Source of the DNA: Hyaloraphidium curvatum SAG 235-1
Taxonomy: Eukaryota > Fungi > Monoblepharomycota
Assembly: GCA_025558095.1 (NCBI GenBank)
Contig: JAIVFI010000037.1
Coordinates: forward strand, 248,001 to 312,000
Direction: 5' to 3'
DNA: 64,000 nucleotides
Shown: in pieces, positions 53,286 to 63,923 of the stretch
How positions within the stretch are numbered: position 1 is the first letter of the stretch
Layout of the letters: each line of letters opens with the position of its first letter
The notes under the pieces: generated by a model
Told to the model about the DNA's origin: nothing
The model's input: only the letters and a program-made list of their open reading frames with translations
Database searches by the model: none
Program-made: the position numbers and the translations under genes

Positions 53286-53954
53286 TCAATCTCGCCCGCC
53301 CAGAAGACGCTGCAGGGCTTCCCGTTTCCCCTGAGCGACAAAGATCTCCGAAAGGGTCCCATAGATTGCGGTCGTCCCCTTGATTCCATCTTCTTCCATC
53401 AATCTGAGAAGCTGCTCGGCTCCCGCAGCGTCGCCCACCCGGTGCAGGGAGTCCATAAAGTGCTCGTAGAGCTTCGAGTCCAGTTTGACGCCGCTTTGCC
53501 GCAAGACGGCGATGAACTGGGAGATTGCATCGTATCCCCACGGGACGAGCGCGCCCGCCCGGGCTATCAGGGTCGCGTCCGGCGCCGTGAGTCCCAAATC
53601 CCGAGCCTTCGCGACAAGGAGCGTGAGCAAGTGCTTCCTCGTGTCGCGCGTCGCGTCGTCTTCCGCCTCGGCGCCCTCCCCGACCCGGCACAGAATGTCG
53701 CGGATCTCCGGTTTGCCGAACTCGACGCTCCCGCTTCGCACGACGGCGAGCACGTCCGACAGTCGGCCTTCGAGAATGAGCCGCCGGAGACGGCTGGCGT
53801 CCGGCGGAGAGTCCGGCTGCGTCGAAGCGGGTCGGCGCGCGGTGCATCGTGCCGCTGGCAGCGCAGGCGACACGATCCGGAACCGCGATGTCGCCGGGGC
53901 GAGCATTGGAGCGCCCCGGCGGAGAACAATGCTACGCGCAACGATGCCCGACAT
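53286..53954 (-). pseudogene. PPR-like protein N-terminal part with mitochondrial-type presequence, apparently truncated
   Basis: Arg-rich N-terminus; PPR-like helices (GLTAPDATL, GVKLDSKLYEHFMDSL, MEEDGIKGTTAIYGTL); no recognisable continuation downstream. Confidence 0.5.
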
Positions 53955-55248
53955 TTTAGAAAGGCCGATGGTCGCCGACTATGGTCGCAGTTGGGTGTCT
54001 GGGATCTGGGACGATATGGGTTGTGATGACTACGCCGCCCGTCTCCCACAGGAGGGTGAGCAAAGTTTCTCCTCGTCATCAAATGCTCCTCAAATGCTCC
54101 AGTCCATTGCTAGGTCCCCCTACTGTACAGATAGATGGCCTGGCTTACACTGATTGCTGATTGCCCCATGAAAAGGCTAAGAAACAAGCAAGGTGAAAGA
54201 GAAGGGAGTTATTGGTAACCCTTCCATTTCCCAGTTTTCCTGTCCTACATTTGCCTTTTGCCTTGCCTTTTGACTATTCGATAGAATAGGAGGTTGAGGT
54301 CCAAAGTTCCCCCCCGGCGGGACAATCCCTTTTTTTTTCTTCGCAACAAATCGACTTTTCGCGTCGAGCTTGGCCGAACGCCGCCCGGAACCCGGTCCAA
54401 TGGCTCTTGTTATCCTATGCGCAGGTTATCGTGGGGTTGTTGGGGTTGTTCGGGGTTGGACCGTGGACGCCGACTATATGCCTTCGGACCTCCGGCGTCG
54501 CTGACCCTCCAGTTCTGTTGAATCGCAGCCAAGGCCCGTGCGAATCGCGCTTCATATGACACGTTGTGGCTACGGTGAGTCGGTTTCGGCTCCGCGACAA
54601 CGGGAGGGGGTGTGCTAGAGGGCTCCGCAGCGCCGCCGAATGTGCGAGGCTCTCGGTGGTGCTGGCCGCCTCTCCTGGCACGGCAACGCGGGCCACACGC
54701 TGCTTTCATTGTGAAAAGACGCATTGGAACGTTTGGGACCCGGGATTCGGATGAATCGAGGGTGGGGGGACGCGCCGGAGAATGGACCGCCCCAGGGTAT
54801 AGTACTCAGGGTATAGTAGTATTGGTGACCCGGACCTGCCCCTGGCTTGGCCGCTGTTACACCATCAGTTTGCTGCTAATTTGGCGTTTGTCGTCGTGCA
54901 TCTTTTTCATTTTCCCTGTTTTCTGTCCTTCATGGACTTTGAAATGAAGCTGGCGATGGAGTTGAGGGCCTTCTCCTTTTGCTGCCTCACTTTGATCGTG
55001 GGCTCGAACTCCTTGATGCTGAGAGCCCAGAGCCAGGTCTCCATGTTCCACTCGCGGCCCAGTGCTTCCAGTCTGGTCTGCAGCTTCTGGCGCCGCTCTG
55101 CATTTGCTGAACAGTGGAACAGAAAATGTTGTTCATCTCCAATGTGCTCAGGGTCATGCTTGCACATCCTCTGCTGCACCTCAAGTCCTTGGTGCCTGCC
55201 TGTTTCCACCTCCAGGTCGTGGGTAGAGCAGAGCAGCTTCTGGACGTC

Positions 55249-55423
55249 TGTCAGGACAGGCCTTGGAGATGGCCTAGTCATGGGTTGGTTAGGGAGAGCA
55301 TATGGGGGCAGCCCAAACACCATGTACCCCCACTGCTTCTCACTGTGTACATAGACATCCCGCTGCCTCGATGCTGTGCAGTCCCCGCTAGGCAGGGCCC
55401 AGCTGGCCCCTGGGTTCCTGACA
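55249..55423. mobile_element. Solo LTR (175 bp)
   Basis: TG...CA termini with 8-bp inverted ends TGTCAGGA/TCCTGACA; flanked by ACGTC/ACGTT (5-bp TSD, one mismatch); interrupts the LINE ORF. Confidence 0.8.
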
Positions 55424-55774
55424 ACGTTCCTCCGGTGTTTCTCCACCCGGATCAGCGACGGTGCAATGTGACCAAAGGTCATGTCACACATCCTCCAGAA
55501 GTGCAGCTTGTCGTTGTCCTTGAGCTTCTGGGCATTGATCTCCCTGAACTTGCCCTTCACAAGATTCTCCACAGTCTCCTTGGCCCATGAAAAAGTGTCC
55601 TTCTCCCACATCTCCCTCCACTCCTCTCCACCATAGTACACAAGTAGTTCCCTCAGGAAGGCAGCCCAGTTCCAGCACCCCTTCAGTGCCTCGATCTTGA
55701 GCTCCTTGTAGAGCAGGTACAATGCAGGGTCAGCTGTTTTGATACGCATGAGGAACTTGAGAGCCGACTCATGG

Positions 55775-55946
55775 TGTCAGGAACCCAGGGGCCAGCTGGG
55801 CCCTAGCGGGGACTGCACAGCATCGAGGCGGCGGGATGTCTATGTACACAGTGAGAAGCAGTGGGGGTACATGGTATTTGGGCCGCCCCCATATGCTCTC
55901 CCTAACCAACCCATGACTAGGCCATCTCCCAAGGCCCGTCCTGACA
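55775..55946. mobile_element. Solo LTR (172 bp), inverted relative to 55249-55423
   Basis: Reverse-complement match to the first LTR with the same termini; no TSD; flanks come from LINE positions about 0.8 kb apart. Confidence 0.8.
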
Positions 55947-56147
55947 GGTACACCCATCCCTTCCAGCTTCCTCCACAACCTTGGGCGCTCCACCGTGTCA
56001 AAAGCCTTTGTGAAATCTACAAACACCATGATCAGCTTTTCCTTGCGTGCCTTGGCCAAGGAGAAGAGCGCCTCAGCGAGGAACACAGTGCATGAAGGGT
56101 GGACCTCCGTGCCCGGAATCCAAACTGCGAGTCTTCCAGCAGCTTGT

Positions 56148-59100
56148 TAGAATAGAATAGTATTGGTGACCCGGACCTGCCCCTGGCTTGGCCGCTGTTA
56201 CACCATGAGTTTGCTGCTAATTGCAAAGTTCATCGTCGTCGTGTGTCTTTTTCATTTTCCCAGTTTTCCTGTCCTTCATGGACTTTGAGATGAAGCTGGC
56301 AATGGAGTTGAGGGCCTTCTCCTTCTGCCGCCTCGCTTTGATCGTGGGCTCGAACTCCTTGATGCTAAGAGCCCAGAGCCAGGTCTCCATGTTCCACTCG
56401 CGGCCTAGTGCTTCCAATCTAGTCTGCAGCTTCTTGCGCCGCTCCGCATTTGCTGAACAGTGAAACAGAAAGTGTTGTTCGTCTCCAATGTGCTCAGGGT
56501 CATGCTTGCACGTTCTCTGCTGCACCTCAAGTCCTTGGTGCCTGCCTGTCTCCACCTCCAGGTCGTGGGTAGAGCACAGCAACTTTTGGACATCCCTCCG
56601 GTGCTTCTCCACCCGGATCAGGGATGGTCCGATGTGGCCAAAGGTCATGTCACACATCCTCCAAAAGTGCAGTTTGTCGTTGTCCTTGTTCCTTTGGGCA
56701 TTGATCTCCCTGAACTTGCCCTTCACAAGATTCTCCACAGTCTCCATGAGGCCATGAGAAAGTGTCCTTCTCCCACATCTCCCTCCCATCTTCCCCGCCA
56801 TAGTATACAAGTAGTTCCCTCAGGAAGGCAGCCCAGTTCCAGGACCCCTTCAGTGCCTCGATCTTGAGCTCTTTGTAAAGTAGGTACAGCGCAGGATCCG
56901 CTGTTTTGATGCGCATGAGGAACTTGAGTGCCGACTCGTGGTCATGAACTGCAAGGGGGTACTGGCCAGTGATCGCATACAGACAGGCCAGGGAGGTAGA
57001 CTTGGGCAGATGAGTGACGGCACGAAGAGCCATGCATGTCACTTTGTCCCTGGTGCTTTCCCCGGCAAGGTACTCCTCCTTCGGCATCTCAACAATGAAC
57101 GGGTTCCCATATTGGCCCACTGCCTTGACCTTTGTGTTGTAGAGCTTGAGCTGGAGGTCAGGACTCATCCCAGGCTGCTCCCTGAAGTCGCGGAGCCAGA
57201 GCCCATAAGCAGCGTTCATCTTGGCCTCTCTGCCATGCACATGGTCCTTGCTCCGGCCGGTTGAGGTCAGCTGATACCCCAGAAGCTTGAAGCTGTCAAC
57301 CCTCTTCAGCTCCTGGTCCCTGTACATGACCTTTACACGGTGAGGTATCCTCCTGGCCATCCACTCTGTCTTGCTGACGTTGATCTCCAGCCCATTGGCA
57401 CTGGCATATGCAGACAAAAGATCCAGCTGCATCTTGGCATCCTTCACCGTCTTCGAGATCAAAGTGGTGTCGTCTGCAAAGAACAGAGCCAGTGTCACAG
57501 CCAGCAAGCTGACCATCCTCTCCTGATCCTCTTCCTCCTCAGACACCATGCCCAGATCCATCCCTTTTGCACCATTGGCCTCCATGAAAGCAGTGATGTT
57601 GTTGATGAACAAGATGAAGAACAGCGACGAGAGAGGGTCCCCCTGCTTCACTCCGGTCAGGAACTTGATGAAGTCTGACTTGGTCCCGTCTTCATCCCGG
57701 AGCCGTCCCCACACCCGCCCGAACGCCATCTCGAACATGTCAACAACCAGTTTGGGTACTCCCATCTCCTCCGCCAGCTTCTGCCATAACCTGGGGCGCT
57801 CCACCGTGTCAAAAGCCTTTGTGAAATCTACAAACACCATGATCAGCTTCTCCTTGCGTATGCGTGCCTTGGCCAAGGAGAAGAGTGCCTCGGCAAGGAA
57901 CACTGCATGAAGGGTCGATCTCCGTGCACGGAATCCAAACTGCGAGCCTTCCAGCAGCTTGTTGCACTCAGCCCAGGGAGCTAGCCGAGCGTTCCAGACC
58001 AGGGAGAAGACCTTCTCCAGCGTCCTCTCTATGCTGATGCCTCGGTAGTTGCCAGCCACGTTCTTGGGCCCCTTCTTGTGCAGCATCACCAGCAGTGTCT
58101 GGCCCCAGTCATCCATCTTGACGCCATTGAGCACGTCGTTGACGAGGTTGACAACAGCTTGCTTCAGTACTGCAGTCCCGTACTTGACGAACTCGAGCCG
58201 GATCCCATCCTCGTCCTTTGCCTTGCCGTTGGGGGCCTTCTTCAAGACCCTCTCCAGCTCCTTGAGGGTGATGGGGCGCGTACTCGGCGCTGGCCACCAT
58301 CTCCATGTGGCGTACCAGCTCCGCAAAGGGTACGGGGTTGCCCTTCCGCCTCGCATAAGTGTTGGTTCCCGATGGTGACATGCTCATAGACGTCAGACCA
58401 CTTGGGCCAGAGACGTGGTACCTTCTCTTTAGTCCAGTGGTCTAACAATAAGTCTTTCCAAGCAGTTGGTAGTGAAACAGAAAGTGTTGTTCGTCTCCAA
58501 TGTGCTCAGGGTCATGCTTGCACGTTCTCTGCTGCACCTCAAGCCCTTGGTGCCTGCCTGTCTCCACCTCCAGGTCGTGGGTAGAGCACAGCAACTTTTG
58601 GACATCCCTCCGGTGCTTCTCCACCCGGATCAGGGACGGTCCGATGTGGCCAAAGGTCATGTCACACATCCTCCAAAAGTGCAGTTTGTCGTTGTCCTTG
58701 AGCCTCTGTGCATTGATCTCCCGGAGCTTGCCCTTCACAAGATTCTCCACAGTCTCCTTGGGCCATGAGAAAGTGTCCTTCTCCCACATCTCCCTCCCAT
58801 CTTCGCCGCCATAGTATACAAGTAGTTCCCTCAGGAAGGCAGCCCAGTTCCAGGACCCCTTCAGTGCCTCGATCTTGAGCTCTTTGTAAAGTAGGTACAG
58901 CGCAGGATCCGCTGTTTTGATGCGCATGAGGAACTTGAGTGCCGACTCGTGGTCATGAACTGCAAGGGGGTACTGGCCAGTGATCGCATACAGACAGGCC
59001 AGGGAGGTAGACTTGGGCAGATGAGTGACGGCACGAAGAGCCATGCATGTCACTTTGTCCCTGGTGCTTTCCCCGGCAAGGTACTCCTCCTTCGGCATCT

Positions 59101-59585
59101 CAACAATGAACGGGTTCCCATATTGGCCCACTGCCTTGACCTTTGTGTTGTAGAGCTTGAGCTGGAGGTCAGGACTCATCCCAGGCTGCTCCCTGATGTC
59201 ACGGAGCCAGAGCCCATAAGCAGCGTTCATTTTGGCCTCTCTGCCATGCACATGGTCCTTGCTCCGGCCGGTTGAGGTCAGCTGATACCCCAGAAGCTTG
59301 AAGCTGTCAACCCTCTTCAGCTCCTGGTCCCTGTACATGACCTTTACACGGTGAGGTATCCTCCTGGCCATCCACTCTGTCTTGCTGACGTTGATCTCCA
59401 GCCCATTGGCACTGGCATATGCAGACAAAAGATCCAGCTGCATCTTGGCATCCTTCACCGTCTTCAAGATCAAAGTGGTGTCGTCTGCAAAGAACAGAGC
59501 CAGTGTCACAGCCAGCAAGCTGACCATCCTCTCCTGATCCTCTTCCTCCTCAGACACCATGCCCAGATCCATCCCTTTTGCACCT
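56148..59585 (-). mobile_element. Non-LTR retrotransposon copy 2: (TTCTA)n tail, RT unit, then a second 5'-truncated unit
   Basis: Tail TAGAATAGAATAG at 56148; RT ORF 56650-58356 frameshifted near 56750; internal junction 58470/58471; truncated at 59585. Confidence 0.92.
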
Positions 59586-59659
59586 TAGAATAGAATAGAA
59601 TAGTATTGGTGACCCGGACCTGCCCCTGGCTTGGCCGCTGTTACACCATGAGTTTGCTG

Positions 59660-61798
59660 CTAATTGCAAAGTTCATCGTCGTCGTGTGTCTTTTTCATTT
59701 TCCCAGTTTTCCTGTCCTTCATGGACTTTGAGATGAAGCTGGCAATGGAGTTGAGGGCCTTCTCCTTCTGCCGCCTCGCTTTGATCGTGGGCTCGAACTC
59801 CTTGATGCTAAGAGCCCAGAGCCAGGTCTCCATGTTCCACTCGCGGCCTAGTGCTTCCAATCTAGTCTGCAGCTTCTTGCGCCGCTCCGCATTTGCTGAA
59901 CAGTGAAACAGAAAGTGTTGTTCGTCTCCAATGTGCTCAGGGTCATGCTTGCACGTTCTCTGCTGCACCTCAAGTCCTTGGTGCCTGCCTGTCTCCACCT
60001 CCAGGTCGTGGGTAGAGCACAGCAACTTTTGGACATCCCTCCGGTGCTTCTCCACCCGGATCAAGGATGGTCCGATGTGGCCAAAGGTCATGTCACACAT
60101 CCTCCAAAAGTGCAGTTTGTCGTTGTCCTTGGGCCTCTGGGCATTGATCTCCCTGAACTTGCCCTTCACAAGATTCTCCACAGTCTCCTTGGGCCATGAG
60201 ACAGTGTCCTTCTCCCACATCTCCTTCCCATCTTCGCCACCATAGTATACAAGTAGTTCCCTCAGGAAGGCAGCCCAGTTCCAGGACCCCTTCAGTGCCT
60301 CGATCTTGAGCTCTTTGTAAAGTAGGTACAGCGCAGGATCCGCTGTTTTGATGCGCATGAGGAACTTGAGTGCCGACTCGTGGTCATGAACTGCAAGGGG
60401 GTACTGGCCAGTGATCGCATACAGACAGGCCAGGGAGGTAGACTTGGGCAGATGAGTGACGGCACGAAGAGCCATGCATGTCACTTTGTCCCTGGTGCTT
60501 TCCCCGGCAAGGTACTCCTCCTTCGGCATCTCAACAATGAACGGGTTCCCATATTGGCCCACTGCCTTGACCTTTGTGTTGTAGAGCTTGAGCTGGAGGT
60601 CAGGACTCATCCCAGGCTGCTCCCTGATGTCACGGAGCCAGAGCCCATAAGCAGCGTTCATTTTGGCCTCTCTGCCATGCACATGGTCCTTGCTCCGGCC
60701 GGTTGAGGTCAGCTGATACCCCAGAAGCTTGAAGCTGTCAACCCTCTTCAGCTCCTGGTCCCTGTACATGACCTTTACACGGTGAGGTATCCTCCTGGCC
60801 ATCCACTCTGTCTTGCTGACGTTGATCTCCAGCCCATTGGCACTGGCATATGCAGACAAAAGATCCAGCTGCATCTTGGCATCCTTCACCGTCTTCGAGA
60901 TCAAAGTGGTGTCGTCTGCAAAGAACAGAGCCAGTGTCACAGCCAGCAAGCTGACCATCCTCTCCTGATCCTCTTCCTCCTCAGACACCATGCCCAGATC
61001 CATCCCTTTTGCACCATTGGCCTCCATGAAAGCAGTGATGTTGTTGATGAACAAGATGAAGAACAGCGACGAGAGAGGGTCCCCCTGCTTCACTCCGGTC
61101 AGGAACTTGATGAAGTCTGACTTGGTCCCGTCTTCATCCCGGAGCCGTCCCCACACCCGCCCGAACGCCATCTCGAACATGTCAACAACCAGTTTGGGTA
61201 CTCCCATCTCCTCCGCCAGCTTCTGCCATAACCTGGGGCGCTCCACCGTGTCAAAAGCCTTTGTGAAATCTACAAACACCATGATCAGCTTCTCCTTGCG
61301 TATGCGTGCCTTGGCCAAGGAGAAGAGTGCCTCGGCAAGGAACACTGCATGAAGGGTCGATCTCCGTGCACGGAATCCAAACTGCGAGCCTTCCAGCAGC
61401 TTGTTGCACTCAGCCCAGGGAGCTAGCCGAGCGTTCCAGACCAGGGAGAAGACCTTCTCCAGCGTCCTCTCTATGCTGATGCCTCGGTAGTTGCCAGCCA
61501 CGTTCTTGGGCCCCTTCTTGTGCAGCATCACCAGCAGTGTCTGGCCCCAGTCATCCATCTTGACGCCATTGAGCACGTCGTTGACGAGGTTGACAACAGC
61601 TTGCTTCAGTACTGCAGTCCCGTACTTGACGAACTCGAGCCGGATCCCATCCTCGTCCTTTGCCTTGCCGTTGGGGGCCTTCTTCAAGACCCTCTCCAGC
61701 TCCTTGAGGGTGATGGGGCGCGTACTCGGCGCTGGCCACCATCTCCATGTGGCGTACCAGCTCCGCAAAGGGTACGGGGTTGCCCTTCCGCCTCGCAT
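59660..61798 (-). CDS. LINE-type reverse transcriptase with C-terminal Zn-knuckle-like domain, no endonuclease (712 aa)
   Basis: NGKAKDEDGI, KKGPKNVAGNYRGISI, QFGFR, FVDFTKAFDTV, GVKQGDPLSSLFF, FADD, GLEINVSKT, FKLLG, HDLEVETGR...C...GDEQHFLFHC. Confidence 0.93.
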   Translation of the reverse strand: MRGGRATPYPLRSWYATWRWWPAPSTRPITLKELERVLKKAPNGKAKDEDGIRLEFVKYGTAVLKQAVVNLVNDVLNGVKMDDWGQTLLVMLHKKGPKNVAGNYRGISIERTLEKVFSLVWNARLAPWAECNKLLEGSQFGFRARRSTLHAVFLAEALFSLAKARIRKEKLIMVFVDFTKAFDTVERPRLWQKLAEEMGVPKLVVDMFEMAFGRVWGRLRDEDGTKSDFIKFLTGVKQGDPLSSLFFILFINNITAFMEANGAKGMDLGMVSEEEEDQERMVSLLAVTLALFFADDTTLISKTVKDAKMQLDLLSAYASANGLEINVSKTEWMARRIPHRVKVMYRDQELKRVDSFKLLGYQLTSTGRSKDHVHGREAKMNAAYGLWLRDIREQPGMSPDLQLKLYNTKVKAVGQYGNPFIVEMPKEEYLAGESTRDKVTCMALRAVTHLPKSTSLACLYAITGQYPLAVHDHESALKFLMRIKTADPALYLLYKELKIEALKGSWNWAAFLRELLVYYGGEDGKEMWEKDTVSWPKETVENLVKGKFREINAQRPKDNDKLHFWRMCDMTFGHIGPSLIRVEKHRRDVQKLLCSTHDLEVETGRHQGLEVQQRTCKHDPEHIGDEQHFLFHCSANAERRKKLQTRLEALGREWNMETWLWALSIKEFEPTIKARRQKEKALNSIASFISKSMKDRKTGKMKKTHDDDELCN

Positions 61799-61883
61799 AA
61801 GTGTTGGTTCCCGATGGTGACATGCTCATAGACGTCAGACCACTTGGGCCAGAGACGTGGTACCTTCTCTTTAGTCCAGTGGT

Positions 61884-63809
61884 CTAACAATAAGTCTTTC
61901 CAAGCAGTTGGTAGTGAAACAGAAAGTGTTGTTCGTCTCCAATGTGCTCAGGGTCATGCTTGCACGTTCTCTGCTGCACCTCAAGCCCTTGGTGCCTGCC
62001 TGTCTCCACCTCCAGGTCGTGGGTAGAGCACAGCAACTTTTGGACATCCCTCCGGTGCTTCTCCACCCGGATCAGGGACGGTCCGATGTGGCCAAAGGTC
62101 ATGTCACACATCCTCCAAAAGTGCAGTTTGTCGTTGTCCTTGAGCCTCTGTGCATTGATCTCCCGGAGCTTGCCCTTCACAAGATTCTCCACAGTCTCCT
62201 TGGGCCATGAGAAAGTGTCCTTCTCCCACATCTCCCTCCCATCTTCGCCGCCATAGTATACAAGTAGTTCCCTCAGGAAGGCAGCCCAGTTCCAGGACCC
62301 CTTCAGTGCCTCGATCTTGAGCTCTTTGTAAAGTAGGTACAGCGCAGGATCCGCTGTTTTGATGCGCATGAGGAACTTGAGTGCCGACTCGTGGTCATGA
62401 ACTGCAAGGGGGTACTGGCCAGTGATCGCATACAGACAGGCCAGGGAGGTAGACTTGGGCAGATGAGTGACGGCACGAAGAGCCATGCATGTCACTTTGT
62501 CCCTGGTGCTTTCCCCGGCAAGGTACTCCTCCTTCGGCATCTCAACAATGAACGGGTTCCCATATTGGCCCACTGCCTTGACCTTTGTGTTGTAGAGCTT
62601 GAGCTGGAGGTCAGGACTCATCCCAGGCTGCTCCCTGATGTCACGGAGCCAGAGCCCATAAGCAGCGTTCATTTTGGCCTCTCTGCCATGCACATGGTCC
62701 TTGCTCCGGCCGGTTGAGGTCAGCTGATACCCCAGAAGCTTGAAGCTGTCAACCCTCTTCAGCTCCTGGTCCCTGTACATGACCTTTACACGGTGAGGTA
62801 TCCTCCTGGCCATCCACTCTGTCTTGCTGACGTTGATCTCCAGCCCATTGGCACTGGCATATGCAGACAAAAGATCCAGCTGCATCTTGGCATCCTTCAC
62901 CGTCTTCGAGATCAAAGTGGTGTCGTCTGCAAAGAACAGAGCCAGTGTCACAGCCAGCAAGCTGACCATCCTCTCCTGATCCTCTTCCTCCTCAGACACC
63001 ATGCCCAGATCCATCCCTTTTGCACCATTGGCCTCCATGAAAGCAGTGATGTTGTTGATGAACAAGATGAAGAACAGCGACGAGAGAGGGTCCCCCTGCT
63101 TCACTCCGGTCAGGAACTTGATGAAGTCTGACTTGGTCCCGTCTTCATCCCGGAGCCGTCCCCACACCCGCCCGAACGCCATCTCGAACATGTCAACAAC
63201 CAGTTTGGGTACTCCCATCTCCTCCGCCAGCTTCTGCCATAACCTGGGGCGCTCCACCGTGTCAAAAGCCTTTGTGAAATCTACAAACACCATGATCAGC
63301 TTCTCCTTGCGTATGCGTGCCTTGGCCAAGGAGAAGAGTGCCTCGGCAAGGAACACTGCATGAAGGGTCGATCTCCGTGCACGGAATCCAAACTGCGAGC
63401 CTTCCAGCAGCTTGTTGCACTCAGCCCAGGGAGCTAGCCGAGCGTTCCAGACCAGGGAGAAGACCTTCTCCAGCGTCCTCTCTATGCTGATGCCTCGGTA
63501 GTTGCCAGCCACGTTCTTGGGCCCCTTCTTGTGCAGCATCACCAGCAGTGTCTGGCCCCAGTCATCCATCTTGACGCCATTGAGCACGTCGTTGACGAGG
63601 TTGACAACAGCTTGCTTCAGTACTGCAGTCCCGTACTTGACGAACTCGAGCCGGATCCCATCCTCGTCCTTTGCCTTGCCGTTGGGGGCCTTCTTCAAGA
63701 CCCTCTCCAGCTCCTTGAGGGTGATGGGGCGCGTACTCGGCGCTGGCCACCATCTCCATGTGGCGTACCAGCTCCGCAAAGGGTACGGGGTTGCCCTTCC
63801 GCCTCGCAT
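61884..63809 (-). CDS. LINE-type reverse transcriptase, tandem-unit form truncated in the Zn knuckle (641 aa)
   Basis: Near-identical to 59660-61798 until ...HFLFH, then reads YQLLGKTYC* across the unit junction. Confidence 0.9.
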   Translation of the reverse strand: MRGGRATPYPLRSWYATWRWWPAPSTRPITLKELERVLKKAPNGKAKDEDGIRLEFVKYGTAVLKQAVVNLVNDVLNGVKMDDWGQTLLVMLHKKGPKNVAGNYRGISIERTLEKVFSLVWNARLAPWAECNKLLEGSQFGFRARRSTLHAVFLAEALFSLAKARIRKEKLIMVFVDFTKAFDTVERPRLWQKLAEEMGVPKLVVDMFEMAFGRVWGRLRDEDGTKSDFIKFLTGVKQGDPLSSLFFILFINNITAFMEANGAKGMDLGMVSEEEEDQERMVSLLAVTLALFFADDTTLISKTVKDAKMQLDLLSAYASANGLEINVSKTEWMARRIPHRVKVMYRDQELKRVDSFKLLGYQLTSTGRSKDHVHGREAKMNAAYGLWLRDIREQPGMSPDLQLKLYNTKVKAVGQYGNPFIVEMPKEEYLAGESTRDKVTCMALRAVTHLPKSTSLACLYAITGQYPLAVHDHESALKFLMRIKTADPALYLLYKELKIEALKGSWNWAAFLRELLVYYGGEDGREMWEKDTFSWPKETVENLVKGKLREINAQRLKDNDKLHFWRMCDMTFGHIGPSLIRVEKHRRDVQKLLCSTHDLEVETGRHQGLEVQQRTCKHDPEHIGDEQHFLFHYQLLGKTYC

Positions 63810-63923
63810 AAGTGTTGGTTCCCGATGGTGACATGCTCATAGACGTCAGACCACTTGGGCCAGAGACGTGGTACCTTCTCTTTAGTCCAGTGGTCTAACA
63901 ATAAGTCTTTCCAAGCAGTTGGT
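61913..63923. repeat. 2011-bp tandem repeat unit
   Basis: Junction ...CCAAGCAGTTGGT|AGTGAAACAG... recurs at 58470, 61912 and 63923. Confidence 0.95.

Larger units (their letters stand above)
54813..56147 (-). mobile_element. Non-LTR retrotransposon copy 1: older, 5'-truncated, internally deleted, with two solo LTRs
   Basis: Same 3' end (TAGTATTGGTGACCCGGACC...) as later copies; RT/C-terminal coding fragments; more diverged than copies 2 and 3. Confidence 0.9.
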
